This document shows, in pieces, positions 30,620 through 40,437 of a DNA stretch of 64,000 nucleotides. Below the pieces are notes generated by a model. That model did no database searches and was not told where the DNA came from. It saw nothing but the letters and a program-made list of their open reading frames with translations. The translations under genes and the position numbers were made by a program. Origin of the DNA: Thermofilaceae archaeon (lineage in GTDB: Archaea > Thermoproteota > Thermoprotei > Thermofilales > Thermofilaceae); assembly GCA_038861545.1 (NCBI GenBank), contig JAWCCZ010000004.1, positions 1 to 64,000 of the forward strand. Direction: 5' to 3'. Position 1 is the stretch's first letter. Each line of letters starts with the position of its first letter.

Positions 30620-31588
30620 ATGGAGTACGCGACTTTCGGGAGAAAGGGGGAGAAGGTATCGAGGATTGGGCTAGGTGCTTGGCAGTTCAGCGATGCATGG
30701 GGTGTCACCGATTATGAAAAGGTGAAGGCTGTAGTGGGGAGGGCTGTAGAGCTAGGTATTAACTTCTTCGATACCGCGATGGTTTACGGTAACGGGTTAA
30801 GCGAAGCCGTGCTCGGCAAAGCGCTTAGGGAAAGCGGCGTTAAACGAGATGAGGTCTTAGTCACGACTAAGATACCAGCAGATTTCCTAAACCCTTTAGA
30901 CATAGCAAAAGCAGTTGAGAAATCGCTCAAGCTGCTGGGTCTCAGTTACATAGACGCGCTGCTCGTACACTGGCCTCCCGTCTGGCATAACTATCCTACT
31001 CGCGTATACGCCAGAGCGCTTGAGAAACTCGTTAACATGGGGCTCGTGCGCTACCTTGGCCTGAGTAACTTCCCCGTGGAGCTGGCAGAAAGCTTTAGGA
31101 ATAACCTCTCAAGAGTAGACGTCGAAGTTTTCCAACACCGCTATAACCTCATCGAAAGGTGGGCTGAGGAGGAGGTAATCCCGTACGCAGAAAGATGCCA
31201 GATAACGGTGCAGGCGTGGAGCCCCATAGCTAAAGGTGCTTTAACGGGTAAGTACACGCCAGATAAGCTTCCAAAATTCACTGATATTAGAGCAGCTGAC
31301 CCCGTCTTTCACTCTTCAAACTTTCCCAAAGTATGGGAAGTCGTAAAGCTGCTCAAGCATATCGGCGAGAAGTATAATAAGACACAAACCCAGGTAGCGT
31401 TGAATTGGCTTATTGGTTCCAGTCCCGTCGTAGTGCCGATCCCAGGTGCAAAAACACCTGAGCAAGTCAACGACTTAGCTGGATCAGTCGGGTGGAGGCT
31501 AAAACTGGAGGACTGGAGGCTACTAGATGAGGCTAGCAGGGCAGTCAACATTTCCTACTCTATATATTACGTCGAGTCAGGGCTGTAG
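30620..31588 (+). CDS. aldo/keto reductase
   Basis: IGLGAW, FFDTAMVYG, VTTK, LLVHWP, GLSNF, WSPIAKGALTGKY, PIPGAKT. Confidence 0.95.
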   Translation: MEYATFGRKGEKVSRIGLGAWQFSDAWGVTDYEKVKAVVGRAVELGINFFDTAMVYGNGLSEAVLGKALRESGVKRDEVLVTTKIPADFLNPLDIAKAVEKSLKLLGLSYIDALLVHWPPVWHNYPTRVYARALEKLVNMGLVRYLGLSNFPVELAESFRNNLSRVDVEVFQHRYNLIERWAEEEVIPYAERCQITVQAWSPIAKGALTGKYTPDKLPKFTDIRAADPVFHSSNFPKVWEVVKLLKHIGEKYNKTQTQVALNWLIGSSPVVVPIPGAKTPEQVNDLAGSVGWRLKLEDWRLLDEASRAVNISYSIYYVESGL

Positions 31589-31908
31589 TTTAAAAGTAAA
31601 TACTTTTTATTTTTAATATAAAAGTTTACTAAAAATAATATTTAATTAACGTATATGTTAACGCTGATTTTCCTCCATAAGCGCTTCAGAGTCACGGATT
31701 TCCTCTATTACTTTTTATCGGGCTTAAGGTTCTTGACTATGCTTAAACGTTTTGAAAATCATTTCAACAGAGACGTAGCGTAGGCTGATTAGGCTAAGTA
31801 AACAATACAACATTACAATGCTCTTACTTACCCATTTTTCGAATTTAATTCAAAGTATACTCGAGATAGTGCCGTAAATCCTTTTAGACAGCTGGAGCCA
31901 TAGGCCTT

Positions 31909-32898
31909 GTGCAGAGACTGAAAATAGGTTTCATCGGATGCGGTGGCATTGCTTCGGCCCATGCCGAACGTCTTTCATTGCTTGACAGCGTTAAACTTAC
32001 GGCTTTTAGCGACGTACAAGTGGAGAAAGCTAAAGGGTTAGCCGTTAGGTTTGGAGGCAGGGCATACCCGAGTTGGCGCGAAATGCTTGAACGGGAGCAA
32101 CTCGACGCCGTTTTCGTATGCCTGCCCCCTTTCGCCCATGAAGATGAAATTGAAGTTGCCGCTGAAAAGGGAATTCACATTTACATTGAGAAGCCTATAG
32201 CGTTGGATATGGCTAAAGCTTGGAGCATGGTTCGCGCAATCGAAAAATACGGTGTAAAAAGCCAGGTCGGGTACCAGATGCGTTTTTCTCCCGCCGCTGA
32301 GCGGGCAAAAGCAATCATAGATTCCGGCGCGGTTGGTAGAATAGGCATGGTAACTGGCTCTTATTGGTGTCGCTTTATACGCACAGACTGGTGGATCGAC
32401 CGCTCTAAAAGCGGAGGGCAGATAGTTGAGCAGGCCACGCACCTCTACGATGCCTTAAGGTGGCTGTGCGGTGACGCGCGCAGCGTCTACGCTTTTATGG
32501 ACAGGCTTTTCTGGAATGTCGAGGGTATGAGCATAGAGGATGCAAGCGGCGTTCTCATCCGGTTCAAGTCGAACGCAATTGGTTTAGTGTCCTCAACAAC
32601 CGGTGCAGTACCCGATCAATGGTGGTTCAAGTGGTCTATAGTCGGTTTAGACGCAACCTTAGTATCAGACAACCCGGATGAAGTGACTGTTTACTACACC
32701 TCCGACAAACCAGTCCGAGTTGAGACGTTTCGAGAACGGGGGCGAGACCCCATGTTGATGTCGGAGAAGAACTTTATCGATGCTATCCTCAAGGATCAGC
32801 CTACGAGAACCCCAATCATCGAAGGGGCGAAGACCCTGGAGCTAACTTTGGCTGCTGTAAAGTCCGCTGATACTGGTAAGCCTGTAGACATTGAATAA
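31909..32898 (+). CDS. Gfo/Idh/MocA oxidoreductase
   Basis: GFIGCGGIA, IEKPIA, SGGQIVEQATHLYD. Confidence 0.93.
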   Translation: MQRLKIGFIGCGGIASAHAERLSLLDSVKLTAFSDVQVEKAKGLAVRFGGRAYPSWREMLEREQLDAVFVCLPPFAHEDEIEVAAEKGIHIYIEKPIALDMAKAWSMVRAIEKYGVKSQVGYQMRFSPAAERAKAIIDSGAVGRIGMVTGSYWCRFIRTDWWIDRSKSGGQIVEQATHLYDALRWLCGDARSVYAFMDRLFWNVEGMSIEDASGVLIRFKSNAIGLVSSTTGAVPDQWWFKWSIVGLDATLVSDNPDEVTVYYTSDKPVRVETFRERGRDPMLMSEKNFIDAILKDQPTRTPIIEGAKTLELTLAAVKSADTGKPVDIE

Positions 32899-32950
32899 CT
32901 ACTCAAAACCACCGGCTGATACCTGTTCCAATGTATAGAGGTGAACCTGA

Positions 32951-34021
32951 ATGAATAGCCGAGAGAATTACCTACGTGCAATAGATTTCAAGTATCCAGA
33001 GAGAATTCCGGCAATTATCAGCGTCTTCTGGCCAGTGTGGAACACTCACCGTGAAAGCCTAGAGAGAATAGCTGAGCAGTATGAGTGCCTCTTTCCCGGC
33101 TTCCATAAGGGTTTGATACCCTATGAGGTAGAGAGAGGGGTAATATACGAGAAGAGAGTTTTTACAGATCCTTTTGGTTGCACATGGCTCTTTAATGTAA
33201 GAGGATACCAAGGTCTAGTGGTTGGACATCCTCTTGAGAACTGGTCCGCGTGGAATAGTTACAGTTTTCCAGACCCGGACAAAGGGTTGCCCATAGAGGG
33301 GGGAGGATTAATTCCATGGGAGCAAGTTTACGAGAGCATGGATCAGGCGAGAGAGGTAGGGGGGCCTGTGGTTGCGGGGATGCCGCATGGATTCTTTTTT
33401 CAACGCCTGTACTACTTAAGGGGTTTTACAAATCTATTGAAAGACTTCGTCCGTAAGCCGCCGCAAATATACGAGTTAATTAACACGCTAGCAGAGTATA
33501 ACTTGGAACTGGTTGACCGTCTTCTCAAGTACCCCGGAGTAGACGTAGTAAGCTTTGGCGATGACTTAGGTACGCAAACGCGCATGCCGATCAGCCCCTC
33601 AATGTTCAGAGAGTTTATTTTCCCTACGTACCGTTTAATATTCTCCAGAGTTCGGTCGAGGAATGTTAGAGTTAAACTGCACACGGATGGACACGTCGTT
33701 GAAGTCTTTGATCAGCTATTAGAAACTGGAGTAAATATACTCAACATACAGGATCGGGTAAATGGGCTTGAAAATGTTGTCCGGTTGAGAAATAAGGTGT
33801 GTGTCGAGCTCGATATCGATAGGCAGCGCTTGATCCCGCTGGGGACTCCGATTGATATCGAAATGTATGTAAGAAAGGTTATCGATCTGCTTGGATCGGA
33901 GAAAGGGGGGCTTATGCTATACGCTGAAGTTCATCCCCCAACGCCTCTGGAGAATATCGTGGCATTAGCTGAGGCATTGATGAAGTATACGAGACTTACC
34001 TTCAAGAAAGCTTACCAATAG
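32951..34021 (+). CDS. uroporphyrinogen decarboxylase/MtaA-CmuA methyltransferase-like protein
   Basis: TDPFGC.W, LRGFTNLL.D, GDDLG.Q...ISP..FREFI.P, LHTDG, P..TPLENI. Confidence 0.85.
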   Translation: MNSRENYLRAIDFKYPERIPAIISVFWPVWNTHRESLERIAEQYECLFPGFHKGLIPYEVERGVIYEKRVFTDPFGCTWLFNVRGYQGLVVGHPLENWSAWNSYSFPDPDKGLPIEGGGLIPWEQVYESMDQAREVGGPVVAGMPHGFFFQRLYYLRGFTNLLKDFVRKPPQIYELINTLAEYNLELVDRLLKYPGVDVVSFGDDLGTQTRMPISPSMFREFIFPTYRLIFSRVRSRNVRVKLHTDGHVVEVFDQLLETGVNILNIQDRVNGLENVVRLRNKVCVELDIDRQRLIPLGTPIDIEMYVRKVIDLLGSEKGGLMLYAEVHPPTPLENIVALAEALMKYTRLTFKKAYQ

Positions 34022-34104
34022 TTGATCTATTCAACTAGCTGTATCGTCGGCTAACGAGGCGTGATTAAAGTACACTTTAAATGGACCAAAAATTGATACT
34101 TAAT

Positions 34105-34160
34105 GGAATGAGGCACGTTCCCCATGCCTGATCGCTGAGGAGCGATAGGTAGACTGACCC
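34105..34160 (+). ncRNA. box C/D guide sRNA
   Basis: C-like ATGAGGC 34108-34114, D' CTGA 34128-34131, C' TGAGGA 34136-34141, 12-nt guide, D CTGA 34154-34157; TTTAAA at 34076-34081. Confidence 0.65.
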
Positions 34161-34233
34161 GCCCTGCCCGCGCACCCGCTGGGACACGGTGAAGCCGCGT
34201 ATGAGTAAGCGGGCCGGCGGTAGGGCGACACCG
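34161..34233 (+). ncRNA. box H/ACA guide sRNA (single hairpin with K-turn)
   Basis: Lower stem GCCCTGCC/GGTAGGGC, pocket CGCGCA/CCGGC, upper stem CCCGCT/AGCGGG, K-turn (GA...TAT-GA), ACA at 34228-34230, 14 nt below the upper stem. Confidence 0.78.
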
Positions 34234-34343
34234 CCTACGTTGATACTGCTAGATTAATGTTTGGATTGAGATTAAAACGGAGCCTTAGCGGCCTTGACAA
34301 TTTCTGAAAAGGGTTCCCTTCTTTTTAAAAAATAAATATCTCT

Positions 34344-36551
34344 TTACATTACTAACGGCTCTACTTCAACTAAGATATTATGCGGTTCCAACCCTCTACG
34401 TAACACAGCCCGACCGCGAATCCCTCGACGGAACCAGGCTAGCTCGCCTGAACCCAGCGCCATGTAGATTTGGGTCATGGACACATAGTCGGGATCGCTA
34501 TGGCTTAGAGCAAGCTTCCAGCCAGCTGTCCTTCTGAAGCTTTCCGGCACATCCCCCCAGTCATGAGTAAGCAGTATCACGGCTAGTCCGAATTTTCTTA
34601 GCATCCTTGCCGTAGTAACCACCTCTGGTTCTAGGTAACCTTCAGGCGGTCTCATGAAGAGATGAGCTTCATCTACTATTAGGAGCCATCTTGGTTCGCT
34701 AAGGCCAAGCTTTAAGGCGTGGTCGCGCATTTGGGCTAGCGTCAAACCAAATGTGAACTGCTGTATTTCTAAAGGCATAGACTTATACTCACCTAAAGCA
34801 CTGCTACCCATGCAGAGCACTAGAGGGCGGTTCGCCTCAAGCAAGTAGCGCAAGCTAGTTACAGGTTTGCTGTAGTAGGGTTCTACACGTCTTAACTTCC
34901 ATGATAAACTAGAGTCTCTAGAATTTTGAATCAAGCTTACGAGATCCCTCACTCCGCTGTCTAAGCACCTTCGTAGGATTTCTACCTCGTAGTCGTTAAG
35001 CGGAGAAATGTACCTTATGGACTTCTCTAGATCCTCCAGCCTACACTCGAGCGGATCAATAGGTCTATCAGCTAGATCCACGATTTCGAAACCGTAGTAG
35101 TTTGCGAAAGCCCTGTATTCGCCTGAGGGATCAACTATAACTGGCACGATTCCCTGTTCAACAGCTCGAACTGCCAAAGCGCGTGCGGTAGTGCTTTTAC
35201 CTGAACCCATAGGTCCTACGATTAAACCATGAACGTTCTCCAAGGCGTCAATTTCCAGATATACTTTCTCGCTTTTACGTGTACCGCGACCCAGATAGAT
35301 AGCTCTAGGCGTTCTACGGGTAGCCGCTCTAACGAAGGCATAAGGTGACAGCCATGCAAGCTGGCTGCTAACTTGAAGGGAGGAGTTTGATCCTCCCGGC
35401 AACCCTAAAATTGCCCTGGCCAACTGTAAAACAGCCTTCCTACCAAATAAAGAATTGACCTGAAAGCTTTGCTTAAGTCCAATCGATTCAAGCCTCCATA
35501 CAGGTCCTTTTGAGAAAAATTCTACCCTAAATGGCATCTGTCCTTCTTCAACTGCTCTGTAAATCTTGAATACTGCAACCGCCTTAAATTCGTCGCTTAG
35601 CTTGCTAGCTCCAGCTCGGCCAGCTTCCAACACTTCTAAAGCCTTAGAGGCTTTAGCTTGAAGCTCTGCAAGATCCTGAGGAATTACTAAGGCTACTATG
35701 GGTTCCTCGTATTGTGTGAAAAGTCTCTGAAGAATCCTTAAGCTCGACCCAAGGCTCCCAGCTTCAGGAATATCATTGGTCAGGGAGCTTAGAGAAATCA
35801 GTGGCATAAAACGTAAAACTATTCTTCCGCCTTTGACAAGCTTAAGTTCTTCGAAGATTATTGGAATAGGAATTAAAATAATTAAGATAAGCCCGGGAGC
35901 TAGAAAGTAGAGTAAAATGAGTGTTAAGAGATTTGAGAGAAGAACGTAGGGTAATGTGAACCCGTAGTTGCTCTCCTCTAAAGAAACTAACTCGGGGAGA
36001 ACTTCTGAGGGATTAACTAGAGATGTATATACACCGTAAACAGTAAGTCGTCGCCTGATCTCGGATACAAGCTGGGAAAAACTACTTATCATTGCGTTTA
36101 AATCTTCTTTATAGATCGCATTTATTTTCAGGTAGTAACTATAATTTTCCCGGCGAGGGAGCGCGATCACGTTGAAAGTTGTATTAGGAATATGTAAAGC
36201 GGATATAACTCTGGAAGCTTCTTCGCCGAGCTTGATATCGCTGTCGTGGAAATCTATATCTATAACTTTTAAGAATGAACTTAATATGCAGAAATTTCTT
36301 TTCTTAAATGATATTATTACATAGTTTTTCTTAAAAATAAGTTTATCTAAATTTAATAAAAGTAAAGCCCTCTCCCCGTAGAGGATCTCTATTAATGTTT
36401 CCCTGTTCACATAAATAAAATAAAAACCAAATAAAGTAGCTAAAAAGGTTAAGGGAACAGGCGTACCGGAGGCAAGGGCTAAGAGCATCGCTAGCATTAA
36501 AGCGAAAAACAGGAGCATTTTTTCAAAGCCGGGCAAGTACATAAAAATCAC
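34344..36551 (-). CDS. membrane-bound VirB4/HerA-family ATPase (CedB/TedB-like)
   Basis: N-terminal and internal TM pairs; HGLIVGPMGSGKST, VIVDPSGEY, LLIVDEAH, RMLRKFGLAVILLTH. Confidence 0.88.
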   Translation of the reverse strand: MIFMYLPGFEKMLLFFALMLAMLLALASGTPVPLTFLATLFGFYFIYVNRETLIEILYGERALLLLNLDKLIFKKNYVIISFKKRNFCILSSFLKVIDIDFHDSDIKLGEEASRVISALHIPNTTFNVIALPRRENYSYYLKINAIYKEDLNAMISSFSQLVSEIRRRLTVYGVYTSLVNPSEVLPELVSLEESNYGFTLPYVLLSNLLTLILLYFLAPGLILIILIPIPIIFEELKLVKGGRIVLRFMPLISLSSLTNDIPEAGSLGSSLRILQRLFTQYEEPIVALVIPQDLAELQAKASKALEVLEAGRAGASKLSDEFKAVAVFKIYRAVEEGQMPFRVEFFSKGPVWRLESIGLKQSFQVNSLFGRKAVLQLARAILGLPGGSNSSLQVSSQLAWLSPYAFVRAATRRTPRAIYLGRGTRKSEKVYLEIDALENVHGLIVGPMGSGKSTTARALAVRAVEQGIVPVIVDPSGEYRAFANYYGFEIVDLADRPIDPLECRLEDLEKSIRYISPLNDYEVEILRRCLDSGVRDLVSLIQNSRDSSLSWKLRRVEPYYSKPVTSLRYLLEANRPLVLCMGSSALGEYKSMPLEIQQFTFGLTLAQMRDHALKLGLSEPRWLLIVDEAHLFMRPPEGYLEPEVVTTARMLRKFGLAVILLTHDWGDVPESFRRTAGWKLALSHSDPDYVSMTQIYMALGSGELAWFRRGIRGRAVLRRGLEPHNILVEVEPLVM

Positions 36552-36569
36552 TTGAGCTTTAGTTACCGG

Positions 36570-39500
36570 TTATGTCAACTCATGTTGCAATTCTTGGAGG
36601 AGGTTTTCACCTAACTCCCTAAGTTTACATGCGCTATCGCATAAACTTAAGAGCACGGCATCAAGTGATTGTATAATGTTCACCATGTCGTAGAGGTCTC
36701 TGAATAGCAGCTTTGACCTATATTCATAAGCCTCAATGCGAATAGCTCGGACTTTCTCTTCAACTTCTCTTGATATACGAACAGCTTCCTCCACGGTTTT
36801 GTAGACCTTCATTGTTTCTCTACGTTCGTAATCCCTAAGAGCCGGCGAGTGCCACGGTTGAAGCGGAATCATATAACAGTTTAAAAATTTCATAGCCTCT
36901 CCAAGGTTTTTAGCAGCCGCTACGCCTTCTCGACAGGCTCTAGCGACAAAGCGGCCGAAAACTGAGTATAATTCGTCAAAGGACTTCTCTAAACTTAGGC
37001 GAAATATCTGCTCGATTATCCATTGACCTCCACCTTCTTTAGATACTTTTGCTGATGCATATCCAAGCCAGTAAGGGTCTCCACTTAATATATAGAATTC
37101 CACGGCTTTCTTTGCGTCTACACCAGCTTTTTCGAAAGTTTTCCAAAAACCTTCAATAATTTTCAGTTCTTCACGAGATAAATAAAGTTCATTTACATCG
37201 TTGATAAAGAGCTGTAATGTCTCTAGAATACTATACAATTGGTCACTCTGTTTAACTTGATCCAGAGCCATTCTAAAACTTTTTAATAGTTTCTCGGTAC
37301 CGGGAGGTAATTCGCCCACAAACCAAGGTTTATGCCCCTTCATGGTCTCTTGAACTAATCTTAAAGCTAGGTAGCGCCAACTCTCTCCTTTTTCGAGCGA
37401 GGCAAGCCAGGTAACAGCGAGACTAAATCCAGTACCTAAAGTTTCGAGTAATTTCTCATCTACATTGACCTTGGAAAGCCCTGAGAACAACGCTGTTTTA
37501 ACTTCATCGTCCGGTCTGAATATTCCAAGTGAAGCTGAGTCGGCTACTCTTAGAGCAATTTCGGGTTTCTCGCTTAGCAATTTCAATGTCAGAGTGCTAG
37601 CGTTGCCTATAGCACATGTAACTAGCGCAACTCTCCATACAAGCTCCCCTACCTCCAGCTTATCTGGTTCTGTAACCAATGCAACTCGCATTACTGATGG
37701 GGGTACGGTTATCGTGGTAAGAGCTCTAAAAAATCTTTGTATATCCTTAGGTTTCGGTTTCCCTCCTTGAAGCACCGTTTTTGATATTATATCTGAATAA
37801 GTCTTTAGAGAATCGATCCCCCTACAGCCCCCCTTATTAAGTAAGCCTACCCTAGTGGGGATCATTGATGCAAGTTTCACCTCCTGTAAAGTTCTTTTTA
37901 CAAATTTTGAAGACAGTGGTGTTGCAAACGGCTTCATGTTAAGCATCCAGGCTACTGCGTATAGCATGTCGCTTGCCGCTAACAATTTACTACCAACTGG
38001 ATGAAGCAAAGCCGCGAATAGTCGCTCTTCGTCCCGGAGCAAGGGATTCGTAACTTTGAATGCTGCTCTCCGCAACAGCTCTCCAGCCATATATAGAATA
38101 AAAGGCAGGGGGTAGGATTGCCTATGTCTCCACATAAACCTCAACATAGATTTCCCTACATGCGTGATCCTACCTTTAGGTGAAGAATTGATAGTCGCGA
38201 GGGTGGCTCTGTGAAGTTCCTTTAACGTACGCATATTATCTTCTAACCTTTTTCTTAGATCATATAACTCGTAAAGGTGAGGGCCTACAGCCATGCGGGA
38301 TAAACTTCTTCCCCTCTTTGTATTAATTAACGATTCGATAAAACCCAGTGCTGCCCTACCAAAGTCCTCAAGCAGATGAATTGATTTACTCAGTGGAATT
38401 AGAGGAATAACTCCTTTTATTGCAGTACCGCCGAAAATCCAACTTAGCATGTCGACACCTACAAATGATGCAATTAACGCGCTAGCAATTAAAGCAAGGA
38501 GCGAGATTCCATTAATTATATCAAGGGTTTCTTCTTTAATCAAATTTACATATGAGGGCTGGATTATGTCCTCCAGTAAAGTATCATAAAATAGCCCTGA
38601 AACCACGGACTCATCGAGCACTGTAAAATTAGCTATAACCAATTCAGGCTCGCATGTGCCTATTCCGCTAACCAAGGGAAGAGGCACTGTAAAGGTTGAG
38701 GCACTGGACCCCGTAGTGATTGGTCCAACAATAGCTGGTCGAGTCACGTTTCCAAAATATCTGACATTAACAGTCACAGAAGCAACATTTGTTTTAGGCC
38801 ATAGACCTTGCGAATAGAGAAGACGTTTATTCCATAAAATAGCGTGAATTCCGGACTGGTTACCATATAGACACCGGTTAGTTTCCGGGTTAACCATTGA
38901 GAGAGGTAGAGAGGCGTTTAGCACTCGAGCATATTGATCAAACCACTTAATTGCCTCGATTCTAGAGTCGGAGAAGATAAAATATTTTCGTTCCACTTGA
39001 CAGCTGAAAGCTGGTATAACTTTTAGCTTTGAACCGTTAATTGTTATTTCGCTTTCACCAGCGTCTATGATTGTAGGTTTACCGTCCTGGCATATACCAT
39101 CTGCGTTAATATCACCTTCGATCCAGATGGTGACATCTGTAACTGTCACATTAAGAGAATCAACTGATCCTTTTTCACTCTCTGGGGAAAAATCGTCAAG
39201 GACTACGTTACTCTGTAGTATATTCACTAGGCCTATTCGTGGATCAGCTACACCCACTACTTCATGGTTTAACAAATAACCTCCAACGGGGTACCATGGT
39301 AGCGATTGCCCGTACCTTTCTGAGCCTTCGTAAAGGAAAAAGCCTCGGCCAACCCATACTCCCCAGCCCTTAGGTGGGCTACCGTTAAGCTGAGCATTAT
39401 CGCTAAAAGCTACAATACCTTTACTGACTTTTATGCACACTATCGTGCAATTCTTAGATGATGAGCAGAAGTTGCTCCATCGTAAAGCTCCTTCCTCAGT

Positions 39501-40436
39501 GTCAATTGCCTGAGCTGAGAATTCAATAGGAAAATTACAAGGTTTCACATGGAAAGTGATACCTTCAAATGGCACGCTCAACCCGGAATAATATAATCCG
39601 ATTACCTCGTACTGGTCCACATACTCCATATAAGGCACGCCCGCCTGTCTCGCTGCTATACGACCGCTCGAGCTTCTATATACTATGATAAAACCCGGTG
39701 GCGCTTTAACACTTAACTCCTTAACGTTAAGTGTCGTGCTTAAACTCACGACTGGTACTGTTAGTTCGACTTCAAATTTTAATATTCCAATTTCCTTTAC
39801 TACTTCTTTTACAGGCTTGGGCTTCACGGCTATTGCGATACAGTTAAGCACAAGAGGTATCAGCAGTCCAAAGCCTACTCCGAGGGCCACCAATGTTGCT
39901 CCGAATCTTCTCGTAGTCCGGGAAACTAGGAAAACGCCACCAGTTGTAATGAGGAGTGGATATAAAAAATCTCCTAGATCGGCCACTACCATGTAAACCT
40001 GGCCGATGAATCTAAATACTTGTAAAGAGAATAAAGATGCGTTAAGGATAGAACTTATAGTATTTATGCCTGCATATGATAGCGAAGCTATTAAAGCTAT
40101 TGTGCCCCCACTCATTATAGATGAAATCAAAACAACAGATAAAATAATAGAATTAAGAGTAGAAAAAGCCAGTGCTCTTTGAATATTTACAGACATTGCT
40201 TCTTCGCATGATTGTACCGCTTCCCTACCGAGCCTTCTTGTCAATTCACTGGAAAGAATAGAAAAATCAACTCCAGCTAGACTGGCAACAATTTCTGCAA
40301 TATTGAGAGTTGTTAAAACTACAGCTAAAACAAAGTAGCCTACTGCAACAGTTAAACGATCCTGCTCTTTTCTATATCTCCAGGCTATAAATGCTGCTTC
40401 CGCTAAAAGTACATAGCCTAGTATGTTTTTCCACAT
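36570..40436 (-). CDS. giant CedA/VirB6-like membrane protein
   Basis: N-terminal TM bundle with GGVFLVSRTTRRFGATLVALGVGFGLLIP, beta-rich middle region, a TM ending WIFGG, long helical C-terminus. Confidence 0.65.
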   Translation of the reverse strand: MWKNILGYVLLAEAAFIAWRYRKEQDRLTVAVGYFVLAVVLTTLNIAEIVASLAGVDFSILSSELTRRLGREAVQSCEEAMSVNIQRALAFSTLNSIILSVVLISSIMSGGTIALIASLSYAGINTISSILNASLFSLQVFRFIGQVYMVVADLGDFLYPLLITTGGVFLVSRTTRRFGATLVALGVGFGLLIPLVLNCIAIAVKPKPVKEVVKEIGILKFEVELTVPVVSLSTTLNVKELSVKAPPGFIIVYRSSSGRIAARQAGVPYMEYVDQYEVIGLYYSGLSVPFEGITFHVKPCNFPIEFSAQAIDTEEGALRWSNFCSSSKNCTIVCIKVSKGIVAFSDNAQLNGSPPKGWGVWVGRGFFLYEGSERYGQSLPWYPVGGYLLNHEVVGVADPRIGLVNILQSNVVLDDFSPESEKGSVDSLNVTVTDVTIWIEGDINADGICQDGKPTIIDAGESEITINGSKLKVIPAFSCQVERKYFIFSDSRIEAIKWFDQYARVLNASLPLSMVNPETNRCLYGNQSGIHAILWNKRLLYSQGLWPKTNVASVTVNVRYFGNVTRPAIVGPITTGSSASTFTVPLPLVSGIGTCEPELVIANFTVLDESVVSGLFYDTLLEDIIQPSYVNLIKEETLDIINGISLLALIASALIASFVGVDMLSWIFGGTAIKGVIPLIPLSKSIHLLEDFGRAALGFIESLINTKRGRSLSRMAVGPHLYELYDLRKRLEDNMRTLKELHRATLATINSSPKGRITHVGKSMLRFMWRHRQSYPLPFILYMAGELLRRAAFKVTNPLLRDEERLFAALLHPVGSKLLAASDMLYAVAWMLNMKPFATPLSSKFVKRTLQEVKLASMIPTRVGLLNKGGCRGIDSLKTYSDIISKTVLQGGKPKPKDIQRFFRALTTITVPPSVMRVALVTEPDKLEVGELVWRVALVTCAIGNASTLTLKLLSEKPEIALRVADSASLGIFRPDDEVKTALFSGLSKVNVDEKLLETLGTGFSLAVTWLASLEKGESWRYLALRLVQETMKGHKPWFVGELPPGTEKLLKSFRMALDQVKQSDQLYSILETLQLFINDVNELYLSREELKIIEGFWKTFEKAGVDAKKAVEFYILSGDPYWLGYASAKVSKEGGGQWIIEQIFRLSLEKSFDELYSVFGRFVARACREGVAAAKNLGEAMKFLNCYMIPLQPWHSPALRDYERRETMKVYKTVEEAVRISREVEEKVRAIRIEAYEYRSKLLFRDLYDMVNIIQSLDAVLLSLCDSACKLRELGENLLQELQHELT

Positions 40437-40437
40437 G

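Noticed and set aside
34209-34220. GCGGGCCGGCGG as a possible att copy of the tRNA-Arg 3' end (GCGGGCCCGCCGG)
   Set aside because: Only 7 contiguous identities in GC-rich DNA, and fully explained as part of the H/ACA hairpin.
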